A DNA stretch of 64,000 nt from Polyangia bacterium (GCA_036494575.1 DASXOE010000154.1:17345-81344); one strand, 5' to 3'; shown: positions 1-10,058, counted from the stretch's first letter. The notes: a model not told the origin generated them from the letters alone. Translations and numbers: made by a program.

Positions 1-128
1 AGCTCCGCGACCTGGGTTTTCTCGAAGGCGCCGGTGGCGCCGCGGCGCGGCCGCGGGCCGAGTCCCCGGGCCCCGACAGCGCGGACATCGAATGGAACAC
101 GTCTCCGGGTGTCGCGACGTCACAGTTC

Positions 129-1529
129 GTGCCCGACGCCGCGATGCTGGCGTCGGGCGGCCCGGCGGCGCGGGACGCCTCGGGCGTCACCGAGCTGCCC
201 CCTGACGCCCTCACGGAGCTGACCGATTCGGACGCCATCTCCAGCTCGGGCGCGACGTCCTCGTCGGGAATTCCTCGCGCCGTCGGGGCCTCGGCGTCGG
301 GCGCGGTGAATCCGTTCTCGTCGTCGGGCAACGTCTCGCGCAGCTTCGGCGAGCGTCGGCAGCCGCCCGGGCCCGAGGCGGTCGTCATGACGCCCTTCGA
401 GGACGTCTCCCGGCGGTTCCGCGCGCCGCCGCCCGAGCGCCAGCGCAACTCGACCGGCCTCGTCGTGACGCTGCTCGCGGTCGCGGTGATCGGCGGGGGC
501 AGCGCGTACTATTTTTGGATGCGTCAGCACCCGAAGGCGCCCGAGGCGTTGCGCCTGCGCGTCGTCGCGCCCCGGCCCACGGCGGTCTATCGCTGGTTCG
601 CGACGGCGGGCAGCGTCGTCGACCTCGACGCGCGTTCGATGTCGTTCGAGGCGGCGGGCAAGCTCATCGAGCTTCTGCCCACGGGGACGAAGTTCGCGGC
701 GGGCGACGTGCTCGGCAAGCTGCAGGGCGCGGTAGAGCTCGAATCCGAGCTCGCGAAGCACAAGTCGAAGCTGGCCGTCTTCCAGCAGATGCGTGACAGC
801 ATGAAGGCGGCCGGGAACCGCCCCAAGCTGCGCGACGCGGAAGACAAGCTCGCCGCGCGTCACAAGCTCATGACCGACGTCGAGGCGAGCCTCGCCAAGC
901 TCGTGCTGCGCGCGCCCGAGGCGGGGGCGATCGTGGAGACGTCCGCGAAGGTGGGCGCGCCCGTGGCCGCGAAGGCGCCGGTCCTCAAGTGGCGCGGGCG
1001 CAGCCTGCACGGCGACTTCACGATGGACCAGGAAGACTTCGCGCGGGCGGCCAAGCTCGACTTCTGCCGCGTCGAGGTCGCGGCGGTCGGAACGTCGACG
1101 ACGAGCGCGGCCACGCAGGCCGGCGGCGGGGACGCCGGCGCGCCGGCCACCGGCGAGCCGCGCTACGTCGATTGCACGCTGCCGCCGCCGGCGGCGCCGC
1201 CCGTCAACGGGGTGCCGTCGCTCCTGCGCAAGTTCATCGTGACCCTGCCGAATGACGGCGGCCTCGTCACGGGCCAGCAGCTCCACCTCGCGCGCAAGCG
1301 CTTCGACGGTGTCTTCCCGCTGCCGCTGTCGGCGGTGCAGACCATGACCGAGACGGACGCGAAGATCTGGGTGGCCGCGCCCAATGGGACGGCCGAGCAG
1401 CGCAATGTCATCGTGGCCGAGTCGCGCGACGAGGCGCTCGTGTCGCAGGGCCTCAACGTCGGCGACGAGGTCATCGCCGAGCCGCCCCGCGATCTCCAAC
1501 CGGGCACCCTCGTCGAACCTATTCGCTAG
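129..1529 (+). CDS. HlyD-like membrane-fusion / periplasmic adaptor family protein; N-terminus may lie left of the window
   Basis: Single TM helix (LVVTLLAVAVIGGGSAYYFW), lipoyl-like GDVLGKL motif, long coiled coil, then a LVLRAPEAGAIV half-barrel motif typical of membrane fusion proteins. GTG at 129; the true start is uncertain. Confidence 0.55.
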   Translation: MPDAAMLASGGPAARDASGVTELPPDALTELTDSDAISSSGATSSSGIPRAVGASASGAVNPFSSSGNVSRSFGERRQPPGPEAVVMTPFEDVSRRFRAPPPERQRNSTGLVVTLLAVAVIGGGSAYYFWMRQHPKAPEALRLRVVAPRPTAVYRWFATAGSVVDLDARSMSFEAAGKLIELLPTGTKFAAGDVLGKLQGAVELESELAKHKSKLAVFQQMRDSMKAAGNRPKLRDAEDKLAARHKLMTDVEASLAKLVLRAPEAGAIVETSAKVGAPVAAKAPVLKWRGRSLHGDFTMDQEDFARAAKLDFCRVEVAAVGTSTTSAATQAGGGDAGAPATGEPRYVDCTLPPPAAPPVNGVPSLLRKFIVTLPNDGGLVTGQQLHLARKRFDGVFPLPLSAVQTMTETDAKIWVAAPNGTAEQRNVIVAESRDEALVSQGLNVGDEVIAEPPRDLQPGTLVEPIR

Positions 1530-4096
1530 ACGCCGATCCGCTGGAGATCGAGGAGGGGCGCTCCCTCGGGCCGATCGTCCGCGAGGTCGACGATGCAGTC
1601 GAGGGACCAGTCTTCGTCGCCCTCGGGGTCGAGGAGAGTCTGCTGGGCGCGCCAGCGGCGCGGGCCGAGCTCGTCGAGGCGCGTGAGGCTCGGGCGTCGC
1701 GCCGCGGGCGTCGCGAGCAACGTCTCGTGCGCTGCCCAGTAGGGCGCCATGGCCTGGGCGAAGCGCTCGGCCGACCAGGGCTCGGCGCTGCCCGGGACGA
1801 GGCGCGCGGCCGTCTCGTAGTCGCGGGTGGCCAGGGCCCTGACGAGGCGGTGGAGCTCGGCGCGAACGCGCGCGGCGAGCGCGCGCGGATCGTCGGCGAG
1901 CGCGAGGGCGCGCCTGACGGCGACGACGCGCGCGCCGCGCGGCGCCTTGAGGCTCTCCCACTCGTCGAGCAGGCTCGAGTCGACCTCGCGCAGCAGGACG
2001 CGGAGCTCGGCGAGGATGTCGAGCACCTCGTCGGTGCGCGCCGCCGCGGGCACGCTCTGCTCGAGCGTCTTGTAGGCCTGCGAGAGGTAGCGCAAGAGCA
2101 CGCCCTCGCTGCGCTGCAGGCCGTAGTCGCGCACGTAGGCGTCGAACGTCGAGGCCGTCTCGCAGATCTCGCGCGCGATGGACTTCGGCCGGATGTTGGT
2201 CTCGCCCACCCATGGGTGGCGCGCCGCGAAGGCGTTGAACGTCGCGTACACGAAGTCGCGGTTGGGCTTCGGCCACTCCATGGCCTCGAGCTCGGCGATG
2301 CGCTGCTCGTACTCGACGCCGTCCGCCTTCATCTGGTCCATGCGCTCGGTCTTGAGCTTGTCGAGCTGGCGGTAGAGCACGACGTCCGGGTCCTCGAGGA
2401 TCGCCTCGACGAGCGACAGGACGTCGAGCGCGTACGTGGGCGCCGCGCGGTCGAGCGCCTCGAGCGCTTCGAGCATGTACAGCGATAGCGTTTGGTTGAG
2501 CGAGAAGTCGCGCTGCAGCTCGCCGCTCACCTCGACGAGGCGGCCCCGCGCTGCCTCGGTCGTGACGACGTCGATGATGCGCGCGTGGCGCAGCGCCCGA
2601 AAGCAGGCGGCCGCGCGGCGGCGCTCGGCGCGCTTGCCGCGCTCGCCGCCGTGCGATCGACCCACGAGGTCGAGGAGGCGCCGATACCCGCCGCCGCGCC
2701 GGGCGCGGGCGCCCTCGCTCTGCAGGCAGTTGAGTAGCATCCCGTGCGTGACCTCGAAGCGCGACTCGAGCGGCTCGGGCGTGCCTTTCACGAGGCGCTC
2801 GAACGTGCCCTTGTCGAAGTGCACGTAGCCCTTCGTGGGCGGCTTCTGCATGACGACCTTCTTGCCCGTGGCCTGCTTGGCGGCCAGGCGGCGGTTCTCG
2901 ACGACGTGGGCGGGCGCCTGCGCGACGATGCTGCCGCGCTCGTCGAAGCCCTTGCGGCCCGCGCGCCCCGCGATCTGCTGAAAGTCGCGGACGCCGAGGA
3001 CGCCCACCTTCTCGCCGTCGTACTTGCACAGCTGCGTGAAGACCACGGTGCGAATGGGCACGTTGACGCCGACGCCCAGCGTGTCGGTGCCGCTCACGAT
3101 CTTGAGCAGGCCCTGTTGCGCGAGCTTCTCGACGAGCAGCCGGTACTTCGGCAGGAGGCCCGCGTGATGAAGCCCGATGCCGTGGCGCACGAAGCGCTGG
3201 AAGTCCTTGCCGTACGGCGAGTCGAAACGGAAGTCACCCAGCGCGGCCCGGATGGCCTCCTTCTCTTCCCTCGTGCAGATGTCGACGCTCATGAGGTTCT
3301 GCGCCTCCTCGGCGCAGGCCCGCTGCGTGAAGTTCACGAGGTAGATGGGATAGCGGCCAGACGTCACGAGCTCGGCGATCGTCTCGTGCAGCGGCGTCTC
3401 GCGGTAATCGAAGTCGAGCGGCACGGGGCGGTCGCGGCTGCGCACCGTCGCGACCTCGCGCTTCGTGAGCGCGCGCAGCCCGTCCTCGACGGCCTTGAGC
3501 TCGCCCAGCGTCGCCGACATGAGCAGGAACGTCGTCTTGTCGAGGGACAGCAGCGGGATCTGCCAGGCGGCGCCGCGCTCGCGGTCGGCGTAGTAGTGGA
3601 ACTCGTCCATGACGACGGTGTCGACGCGCGCGGCGGCGTCGCGCAGCGCCATGTTCGAGAGGATCTCGGCCGTGCAGCAGACGAGCGGCGCGTCGCGGTT
3701 GATCGTCGCGTCGCCCGTCATCATGCCGACGTTGTCGGGGCCGAAGAGCTGACAGAGCGCGAAGAACTTCTCACTCACGAGCGCCTTGATGGGGCAGGTG
3801 TAGAACGACGTCCGCCCCTCGGCGAGCGCCTTGAAGTGCAGCGCCGTCGCGACGAGCGACTTGCCCGAGCCCGTGGGCGTGTTGAGCACGACGTGCTTGC
3901 CCGCCATGATCTCGAGCAGCGCCTCTTCTTGCGCCGGATACAGCGCCAGTCCCGTCGACGCCACCCAGGTCATGAAGCGGGCCAGGATCTCGTCGGCGTC
4001 GACGACCTCGCCGCGCGCGGGCAGCAGCGCGGCGAGCGGCGCGGGCGAATCGGCTCGCGGGCCGGCGCCGGAGTCTGACGAGGCTGCCGTGGTCAT
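1526..4096 (-). CDS. DEAD/DEAH-box (Ski2-like) helicase with a DUF3516-like C-terminal region
   Basis: Walker A (TPTGSGKS), DEFH motif II, SAT motif III and HHAGL/arginine finger motifs. The ORF-track N-terminus is Arg-rich junk; real start taken at MTTAASS (ATG 4096..4094), giving about 856 aa. Confidence 0.85.
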   Translation of the reverse strand: MTTAASSDSGAGPRADSPAPLAALLPARGEVVDADEILARFMTWVASTGLALYPAQEEALLEIMAGKHVVLNTPTGSGKSLVATALHFKALAEGRTSFYTCPIKALVSEKFFALCQLFGPDNVGMMTGDATINRDAPLVCCTAEILSNMALRDAAARVDTVVMDEFHYYADRERGAAWQIPLLSLDKTTFLLMSATLGELKAVEDGLRALTKREVATVRSRDRPVPLDFDYRETPLHETIAELVTSGRYPIYLVNFTQRACAEEAQNLMSVDICTREEKEAIRAALGDFRFDSPYGKDFQRFVRHGIGLHHAGLLPKYRLLVEKLAQQGLLKIVSGTDTLGVGVNVPIRTVVFTQLCKYDGEKVGVLGVRDFQQIAGRAGRKGFDERGSIVAQAPAHVVENRRLAAKQATGKKVVMQKPPTKGYVHFDKGTFERLVKGTPEPLESRFEVTHGMLLNCLQSEGARARRGGGYRRLLDLVGRSHGGERGKRAERRRAAACFRALRHARIIDVVTTEAARGRLVEVSGELQRDFSLNQTLSLYMLEALEALDRAAPTYALDVLSLVEAILEDPDVVLYRQLDKLKTERMDQMKADGVEYEQRIAELEAMEWPKPNRDFVYATFNAFAARHPWVGETNIRPKSIAREICETASTFDAYVRDYGLQRSEGVLLRYLSQAYKTLEQSVPAAARTDEVLDILAELRVLLREVDSSLLDEWESLKAPRGARVVAVRRALALADDPRALAARVRAELHRLVRALATRDYETAARLVPGSAEPWSAERFAQAMAPYWAAHETLLATPAARRPSLTRLDELGPRRWRAQQTLLDPEGDEDWSLDCIVDLADDRPEGAPLLDLQRIGV

Positions 4097-4149
4097 CGGG
4101 GGGGCGAATCCTCGCAGGCTCCCGCGCTCGCGGCCAGCCCGAACGCGCC

Positions 4150-5019
4150 TCAGCCTCGATCGCCCGCGGGCTCGGGCAGGGCCGGTGGGCACGGCGCGTT
4201 GGCGACGCCGGGCGAGCCGAAGTTGCCGCCCGAGCCATAGGGCTCGGCGGCCGGGCAGGTCGCGCCGCCGCGCTCGATGACGACGGCGTGGCCGACGTAG
4301 GCGTCTCCCCAGGCCGCCGTCCACGTGACGGCGTCGAGTGTGAGGCCGTCGGCGCACGGGCCGAGACAGAGCGCAATGCGATCGTCGCCATTGTTGAGGA
4401 CGAGCTTGGTGCCGTAGGCGAGATCGACGGGCGCGTCCCCGTTGTGCGCCCGATCGACCGATTGTCCGAGCACGAGGAGGCCGCGCGGCGCGAGCACGCC
4501 GCCGTCGACGGCGACCTCGGTCGTTCCGTCCGAGAGGCGCAACGTGCCGAGGTCGATGGCCTCGCCGGCGACATTGGCGATCTCGATCCATTCGTGCCCG
4601 AGATCGCTGCCCGCGGGATCGACGAGCAACTCGTCGATGACCACCTCGCCCGCGCGCGGCGGGCGCGCGTCGACCTCTCGTTCCTTCGGGACGTCCCCCG
4701 CCGCAGCCGCCGCGACGTCGGCCTTCCCCTCCGACGCCTCCGATCGGTCGTTGGTCGCTCCGTCGGCGCGCGCATCGGCGACGGCGGCGACCGCCGCGTC
4801 GGCGCGCGAGGTTCCGGCCCCGCGCGAGGGCCCCGGCGAGGCGCCGGCGGGGTCCCCCGGCGGCGGCTCGTCGACCCCGGGATCGAGGGCCGGTCCTGCG
4901 TCAGCGGAGGGGGGAAGCCGATCGGACTTGCCCGACGGCGCTCCCGGGATCTTCGGGACGCACGCGGAGCAGGCGAGCCACGCCAAAAACACCAATGAGA
5001 ACCGCACGATGTATCGCAT
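4150..5019 (-). CDS. Secreted lipoprotein-like protein with a lamin-tail-domain (LTD) fold
   Basis: Signal peptide with Cys (LAWLACSAC), an Ala/Pro/Gly-rich linker, then VIDELLVDPAGSDLGHEWIEIANV...LRLSDG characteristic of the LTD. Confidence 0.65.
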   Translation of the reverse strand: MRYIVRFSLVFLAWLACSACVPKIPGAPSGKSDRLPPSADAGPALDPGVDEPPPGDPAGASPGPSRGAGTSRADAAVAAVADARADGATNDRSEASEGKADVAAAAAGDVPKEREVDARPPRAGEVVIDELLVDPAGSDLGHEWIEIANVAGEAIDLGTLRLSDGTTEVAVDGGVLAPRGLLVLGQSVDRAHNGDAPVDLAYGTKLVLNNGDDRIALCLGPCADGLTLDAVTWTAAWGDAYVGHAVVIERGGATCPAAEPYGSGGNFGSPGVANAPCPPALPEPAGDRG

Positions 5020-5165
5020 GAGGCATATTCGGTCGAGCGCCAGTCCTGTTGCGTGCCCTACGGGTTTTCTCCTAGCTTATTTTCTGTAAGATCACATCAA
5101 GACGGCATGTCGTTCAGCCGAGGTTTGGTTGTGGCGCATCAGCACCTGCGCCGGGAGCGGTCACC

Positions 5166-7748
5166 ATGTTCTTCGCGTCCAAAAAGATCCTTCGCATCTC
5201 CGCCGTCGGCCTCGCGCTCGCGCCTCTTCTCGGCTCGGCGCCCGCGTTCGCGAACGACTGGCCGTCGCTGGGTCTCGATGGGGGCCGAGGTCGCGCCACC
5301 GACGAGAAGGCCGGCGCGCCGTTCTCCATCGCGTGGAACGCCAGCCCCTCTGCGGGAGCGTTCGTCGCGAGCCCCGCGGTCGTCGACGGCTTGGTCGTCG
5401 TTGCCGGCGGCAAGGGCGACGTCACGGCGCTGAACGCGCTCGACGGCACCGCCGCGTGGACGGTGAAGGCGAGCGGCGGCATCGGCGCGTCGCCGGCCCT
5501 CGATCACGGCCGCATCTATTTCCCGACGCTGTCGGGCCAGCTGCAGGCCCTGCACCTCGGCACGGGCGCGAGCGCGTGGTCGCGCGCGTTCGGTGGGCAG
5601 AACTACGGCTCGCCGATCGTCGTGTCCGACGACATGGGCGCGAGCGTCGTGCTCGCGGCCGGGTTTCCGCAGCAGAAGGTCGTCCGCCTGAGCGCGTCGA
5701 CGGGGGCCACGCAGTGGGAGACGGCGCCGGACGCCGTTGCCGATCTCGTGACTTCGTCGCCCGCGCTCGGCGCCGGGCGGGTCACGTTCGGCATGAACGG
5801 TGGCCGCTACCAGACGCTCGACGTCCTCACGGGCGTCACGGCGTGGCACTCCGACGTCGCGGGCGCCGTGGGCCTCTCGGCGCCGCTCGTCGTCGGTACG
5901 ACGGCGTACTTTCTGCCGGGCGGCGCCGCGTCGGCGCTGTTCGCGGCCGACGCGACGACCGGGCAGGTGCTCTCCGGCTGGCCGGTTCAGGCGACGGACC
6001 CATCCGCCCCAGCGGCGACGGCCTTCACGAACAGCAGGCACGCGGTCTCTTCGCCCGCGCTTCTCGGCGACCTCGTCGTGTTCGTGACCCGCTTCGAGTA
6101 CGACCTCAACCCGGCAACCGCGGGCGCGCCCGCCGTCCACTCGCTCCGCGAGTACGTCGTCGCCGTCGATCCCAAGACCGCGGCCGTGGCCTGGCAACAA
6201 GAGATGGGCCATCGCGACGCCTCGACCTCGAACGACATCCCCGAGCTCAACGTCTCGCCGACGCCGGTGTCGTTCGCGACGGACTCCTCGCCCTTGCTCG
6301 CCGTGGCGTCCAGCATCGTGCCGTCGGTGCAGATCTACGACCTCGGCGGCAAGCAGGTGTGGAACGCCAGCCTGAGCGCGCCCACGCGCTCGTCGCCCGT
6401 GTTCGCGAACGGCCTGCTCGTGGTCGCGACGGACATGGGCGTCGTGCACGCCTTCGCCTCCGACGTCAACCACGCTCCGCTCGCGCCCGCGGCGGGCTTC
6501 GATCCGGCCGACGGCCAGATGGTCGACGGCCCCAAGCCGACGCTCAAGTGGGCCGCGGCCCAGGACGCCGAGGGCCAGGCGCTCCGCTATCAAGTGCGCG
6601 TCATGGGAACGGGTGACGATCTCTACGAGTCGCCGCTCGCGCAGCTCGACACGGCCGCGGGCGAGACGTCGGCGGTCCTCACGAAGAGCCTGACGCCCGG
6701 CGCGACGTACCTCTACGCGGTGCGCAGCCGCGACGAGAAGGGCGCGTGGTCGTCCTGGTCGCCGTTGCACACGTTCATCATGTCGATCCCCGCGACGATC
6801 GAGGTCGCGGGCAAGTCGTTCGAGACCGTCGACGACGCCGTCGCATCGCTGCCCGCCACGGGCGGCCAGATCGACCTCGGGCGCGGCAGCTTGCACCTGA
6901 CGTCGACGCTGTCGCTTCCCGCGGGAGTCGCTCTCGTCGGCGCGAGCCCGCACGACACGATCGTCGACGCGACGGGCCTCCGGGCCGGCATTCAGATCAC
7001 GGCCGCGGCGCACACGGGCGCGCCCGCGCTCAAGAACCTCACTGTGATGGGCGCCGACGTCGGCGTCGACGTGGTCGACGTCTCGAACGCGCTCTTGCGC
7101 AACGTCGTCGTGCGCGACAACAAGAAGGCGGGCGTCCAGGTCGAGGAGGGCGCGGCGGCCGAGGCCATCAACGTCACACTGGCGCGCAACGGCATCGGCG
7201 CCACCGTCGGGGGCAAGCTCTCCATTCACAGCAGCCTCGTGGTTCAGAACGAGACGGGCCTCGCGCAGACCGGCCAGGGGGGCGTGACGAGCCGCTACAA
7301 CGACGTATTCGCGAACGCCACAGCCAACTACCAGGACGCGACGGCGGGCACGGGCGATGTCTCAGTGGCCGTGTCGTTCCGCTCGACGGCGGACTTTCAC
7401 CTCGCGGGCTTCCAGCCCACGACGGACCGGGGCGACCCGGGCGACGCGTATGGGCTCGAGCCGCAGCCGAACGGCGCGCGCGTCAACATGGGCGCGTTCG
7501 GCAACACGCCCACGGCCGAGCTGTCGGAGTCGGCCGGCGCGTCGATCCCAGGCGCGCGTCCCGGCTTGCCCACCGCCTCGGCGACGCCGAGCGCGACGCC
7601 CTCCACGGGCGGCACCTCGACGACGGTCCCCGGCGGCGGCGGCAGCGGCTGCGCCCTCGGTGGCACTTCCCCGGCTGGCGGGTCCCCCGCCTGGCTACTC
7701 GCGGCGGTCGGCGCCGTCCTGATTGCGCGCCGCCGCCTTCGGCGATAG
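5166..7748 (+). CDS. PQQ-like beta-propeller repeat protein with FN3 and right-handed beta-helix regions and a MYXO-CTERM sorting tail
   Basis: Signal peptide, then repeated G-x-VYA-type propeller blades (ALDGTAAWT, LHLGTGASAW, STGATQWE...). FN3-like segment (PTLKWAAAQDAEGQALRYQVRV...YLYAVRSRD). NVTLARNGIGA beta-helix repeats. C-terminus GSGCALGG...AWLLAAVGAVLIARRRLRR matches the GC...hydrophobic...RRR MYXO-CTERM pattern. Confidence 0.8.
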   Translation: MFFASKKILRISAVGLALAPLLGSAPAFANDWPSLGLDGGRGRATDEKAGAPFSIAWNASPSAGAFVASPAVVDGLVVVAGGKGDVTALNALDGTAAWTVKASGGIGASPALDHGRIYFPTLSGQLQALHLGTGASAWSRAFGGQNYGSPIVVSDDMGASVVLAAGFPQQKVVRLSASTGATQWETAPDAVADLVTSSPALGAGRVTFGMNGGRYQTLDVLTGVTAWHSDVAGAVGLSAPLVVGTTAYFLPGGAASALFAADATTGQVLSGWPVQATDPSAPAATAFTNSRHAVSSPALLGDLVVFVTRFEYDLNPATAGAPAVHSLREYVVAVDPKTAAVAWQQEMGHRDASTSNDIPELNVSPTPVSFATDSSPLLAVASSIVPSVQIYDLGGKQVWNASLSAPTRSSPVFANGLLVVATDMGVVHAFASDVNHAPLAPAAGFDPADGQMVDGPKPTLKWAAAQDAEGQALRYQVRVMGTGDDLYESPLAQLDTAAGETSAVLTKSLTPGATYLYAVRSRDEKGAWSSWSPLHTFIMSIPATIEVAGKSFETVDDAVASLPATGGQIDLGRGSLHLTSTLSLPAGVALVGASPHDTIVDATGLRAGIQITAAAHTGAPALKNLTVMGADVGVDVVDVSNALLRNVVVRDNKKAGVQVEEGAAAEAINVTLARNGIGATVGGKLSIHSSLVVQNETGLAQTGQGGVTSRYNDVFANATANYQDATAGTGDVSVAVSFRSTADFHLAGFQPTTDRGDPGDAYGLEPQPNGARVNMGAFGNTPTAELSESAGASIPGARPGLPTASATPSATPSTGGTSTTVPGGGGSGCALGGTSPAGGSPAWLLAAVGAVLIARRRLRR

Positions 7749-7840
7749 CACCGGCGCTCGGTCGCTTCTTCGGGCGGAGTGAAGCCCGTTACGGGCGGCA
7801 GGTGCGCTCGGCTCGAGTGGCGGGGCAGGGCCGCGCGTTG

Positions 7841-7892
7841 CTTCTTCGCGGCTCGCTCCGCGGACGGAACGAGCCGCGAAGAAAGCTCTTTC
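7841..7892 (+). terminator. Perfect 15-bp stem hairpin (cttcttcgcggctcg / cgagccgcgaagaag) followed by ctctttcc; candidate terminator between convergent genes
   Basis: Seen directly in the sequence between the gene ending at 7748 (+) and the J-domain gene ending at 7942 (-). Confidence 0.45.
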
Positions 7893-7941
7893 CGGAGGGG
7901 GTTTGCCCGAGGGCGCTTTCCGGAGGGCGCTTGGTTGATGC

Positions 7942-8454
7942 TCAGCGGCGCGTTTGTTTCTCGAGGACCTTGTAGGCTTCGGTCAGGCGCTGCGTGAGGT
8001 CGGTGGCGGCGCGCAGGCCCTCTCCCGAGCCGGCGTGGAGGTCGGGGTGATACTTGCGCATGAGGCGCCGGTACGCTTTGCGGATCGTCTCGAAGTCGGA
8101 GCCGGGCGGGACCTCGAGCGCGGCGTAGGCCCTGCGGATGGCCTCGTCGCCGGCGGCGGTGCGGCGTGGCGGGTCGGCGCGCGGGCGGGCGCTCGAGCGC
8201 GCCCCGGTGGCGGCGCCGGCGGAGGTGCCGGCGCGGGCGGAGGCGGGGCGGGGACCGCGCGCGGCTTCCTCGGCCTCCTGGCGGGCGAGCCGGCGGCGCT
8301 CGAGCTCGGCCTCGAGCTCGTCGTCGGAGAGCCCGCCGAGATCGCCGCCCCAGCCGTCGTCGTTCCGGCGGCCATCGTCGAGCTCTGCGGCCTTGTCGAG
8401 CAGCGAGTTCAGCTCGGACCGCGCGAGATCGATGAGGCGCCTGCCGATGCTCAT
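7942..8454 (-). CDS. J-domain (DnaJ-like) protein
   Basis: C-terminal J domain with the HPD motif (YRRLMRKYHPDLHAGSGEG). Start taken at MSIGRR (ATG 8454..8452), overlapping the gpmI stop as ATGA. The longer ORF-track N-terminus overlaps gpmI and is spurious. Confidence 0.75.
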   Translation of the reverse strand: MSIGRRLIDLARSELNSLLDKAAELDDGRRNDDGWGGDLGGLSDDELEAELERRRLARQEAEEAARGPRPASARAGTSAGAATGARSSARPRADPPRRTAAGDEAIRRAYAALEVPPGSDFETIRKAYRRLMRKYHPDLHAGSGEGLRAATDLTQRLTEAYKVLEKQTRR

Positions 8455-10058
8455 GCGTCCTTGGCCTCGAGCAGCGAGCGGCCGTCCATCTCCTTGGGCT
8501 GCTCGAGGCCGAGGTAGTCGATGAGCGTCGGCGCGACGTCCGCGAGGCGCCCCCCCGCGCGCAGCTTGCGGCCCACGAGGTCGCCGCCCACGGCGATGAA
8601 CGGCACGGGATTGGTCGTGTGCGCCGTGTGAGGCTGGCCCGTCTGCGGGTCGACCATCGTCTCGCAGTTGCCGTGGTCGGCCGTGATGAAGACGCTGGCG
8701 TTCACCTTGGCGGCGGCGTCGATGACGCGGCCGAGGCACGTGTCGATCGTATCGATGGCGCTCACGGCCGGGGCGAGCTTGCCCGTGTGGCCCACCATGT
8801 CCGGGTTGGCGTAGTTCACGAGGATGAAGTCGGGGCCGTCCGGCGCGAGCGCCTCGACGACGCCGTCCGTGACGGGCGCTGCCGACATCTCGGGCGCCAG
8901 ATCGTACGTCGCGACGTCGCGGTTCGACGGCACCAGGCGTCGCTCCTCGCCGGGGAACGGCTGCTCGACGCCGCCGTTGAAGAAGTACGTCACGTGGCCG
9001 TACTTCTCGGTCTCCGCCGTGCGCAGCTGCGAGAGGCCCGCCTTCGACAGCACCTCGCTCAAGATCATGTCGAAGCTCTGGGGCGGGAACGCCGCGGGCA
9101 CGGGCACCTTGGCGTCGTACTGGGACATGGTCGCGAACGCCGCGAGCTTGGGCCGCGGCGCGCGGTCGAAGTGCGGGAAGTCGGCGTCGGCCGCCGAGAG
9201 CGCGAGCGTGAGCTGTCGCGCGCGGTCGGCGCGGAAGTTGAAGAAGAAGCACGCGTCGCCGTCCCGGAGGATCGCGAGCGGCTTTTCGGCGTCCGCGCCT
9301 CGGCCCTTCGCCAGCAGCGGCAGCACGAACTCGTCGGTGATCTCTTTGCCCGCGCCCTTGTCTCCCGGCGCGCCGGCGCCGCTGTACGACGCCTCGACGG
9401 CCACCGCGAGATCGTCGACCAGCTTGCCCTCGCCGCGCGTGAGCATCTTCCAAGCCACCTCGAGGCGGTCCCAGCGCTTGTCGCGATCCATCGCGTAATA
9501 GCGCCCGACGGCCGAGGCGAGCTGGCCGACGCCGATCTCCTTCAGCTTGGCCGCGACGCCGCGCAGGTATCCGGCCGCCGACCGCGGTGGCGTGTCACGG
9601 CCGTCGAGGAAGGCGTGCCAGGCGACCCGCGTCAGCCCGCGCCGCTTGGCCAGCTCGCAGACTGCATAGGCGTGGTCGAGCGAGGCGTGGACGTTGCCCG
9701 GGCTCGTGAGGCCCATGAGGTGCAGCGTGCCGCCCGAGGTCTTGGCGGCGTCGATCGTCTCCGCGATCACCGGGTTGGCGAAGAACGTCCCGTCGCCGAT
9801 GGCCTTGTCGATGCGCACGATGTCCTGATAGACGATGCGGCCCGCGCCCAGGTTCAGGTGGCCGACCTCGCTGTTGCCCATCTGCCCGTCGGGCAACCCG
9901 ACGTCGTTTCCGGACGCGCCGATGAGCGTCCACGGGTACTTTTTGTACAGCGCGTCGAAGGTTGGCGTGCGCGCGAGGCGGATGGCGTTGGCGTCTCTGC
10001 CGGGGCGTTCGCCGAACCCGTCGAGCACGACGAGGACGACGCGGGTCTTTTTGCTCAT
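8451..10058 (-). CDS. gpmI: 2,3-bisphosphoglycerate-independent phosphoglycerate mutase
   Basis: Full-length match to the iPGM family (VLDGFGE..., SEVGHLNLGAGR, DGRD, ITADHGN). Confidence 0.95.
   Translation of the reverse strand: MSKKTRVVLVVLDGFGERPGRDANAIRLARTPTFDALYKKYPWTLIGASGNDVGLPDGQMGNSEVGHLNLGAGRIVYQDIVRIDKAIGDGTFFANPVIAETIDAAKTSGGTLHLMGLTSPGNVHASLDHAYAVCELAKRRGLTRVAWHAFLDGRDTPPRSAAGYLRGVAAKLKEIGVGQLASAVGRYYAMDRDKRWDRLEVAWKMLTRGEGKLVDDLAVAVEASYSGAGAPGDKGAGKEITDEFVLPLLAKGRGADAEKPLAILRDGDACFFFNFRADRARQLTLALSAADADFPHFDRAPRPKLAAFATMSQYDAKVPVPAAFPPQSFDMILSEVLSKAGLSQLRTAETEKYGHVTYFFNGGVEQPFPGEERRLVPSNRDVATYDLAPEMSAAPVTDGVVEALAPDGPDFILVNYANPDMVGHTGKLAPAVSAIDTIDTCLGRVIDAAAKVNASVFITADHGNCETMVDPQTGQPHTAHTTNPVPFIAVGGDLVGRKLRAGGRLADVAPTLIDYLGLEQPKEMDGRSLLEAKDA

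Noticed and set aside
120-3029. 969-aa minus-strand ORF antisense to the HlyD-like gene and the helicase, plus many similar very long ORFs (e.g. 5139..7229 -, 20607..22721 -, 23611..25407 -, 26167..27789 -, 33152..35311 +, 35685..37427 +, 37996..39423 +, 46171..47973 -, 50241..52607 +, 51832..53616 -, 60094..62343 +, 60800..62392 -)
   Set aside because: Their translations are Arg/Ala/Gly/Pro-rich and lack Lys, Ile, Phe and Tyr, which is typical of stop-free antisense frames in ~72% GC DNA. Each overlaps a gene with clear homology and coding-like GC3 bias on the other strand.
7942-9453. 503-aa version of the J-domain protein
   Set aside because: The N-terminal 333 aa overlap gpmI on the same strand in another frame and are Arg-rich. 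The start was trimmed to the ATG at 8454.
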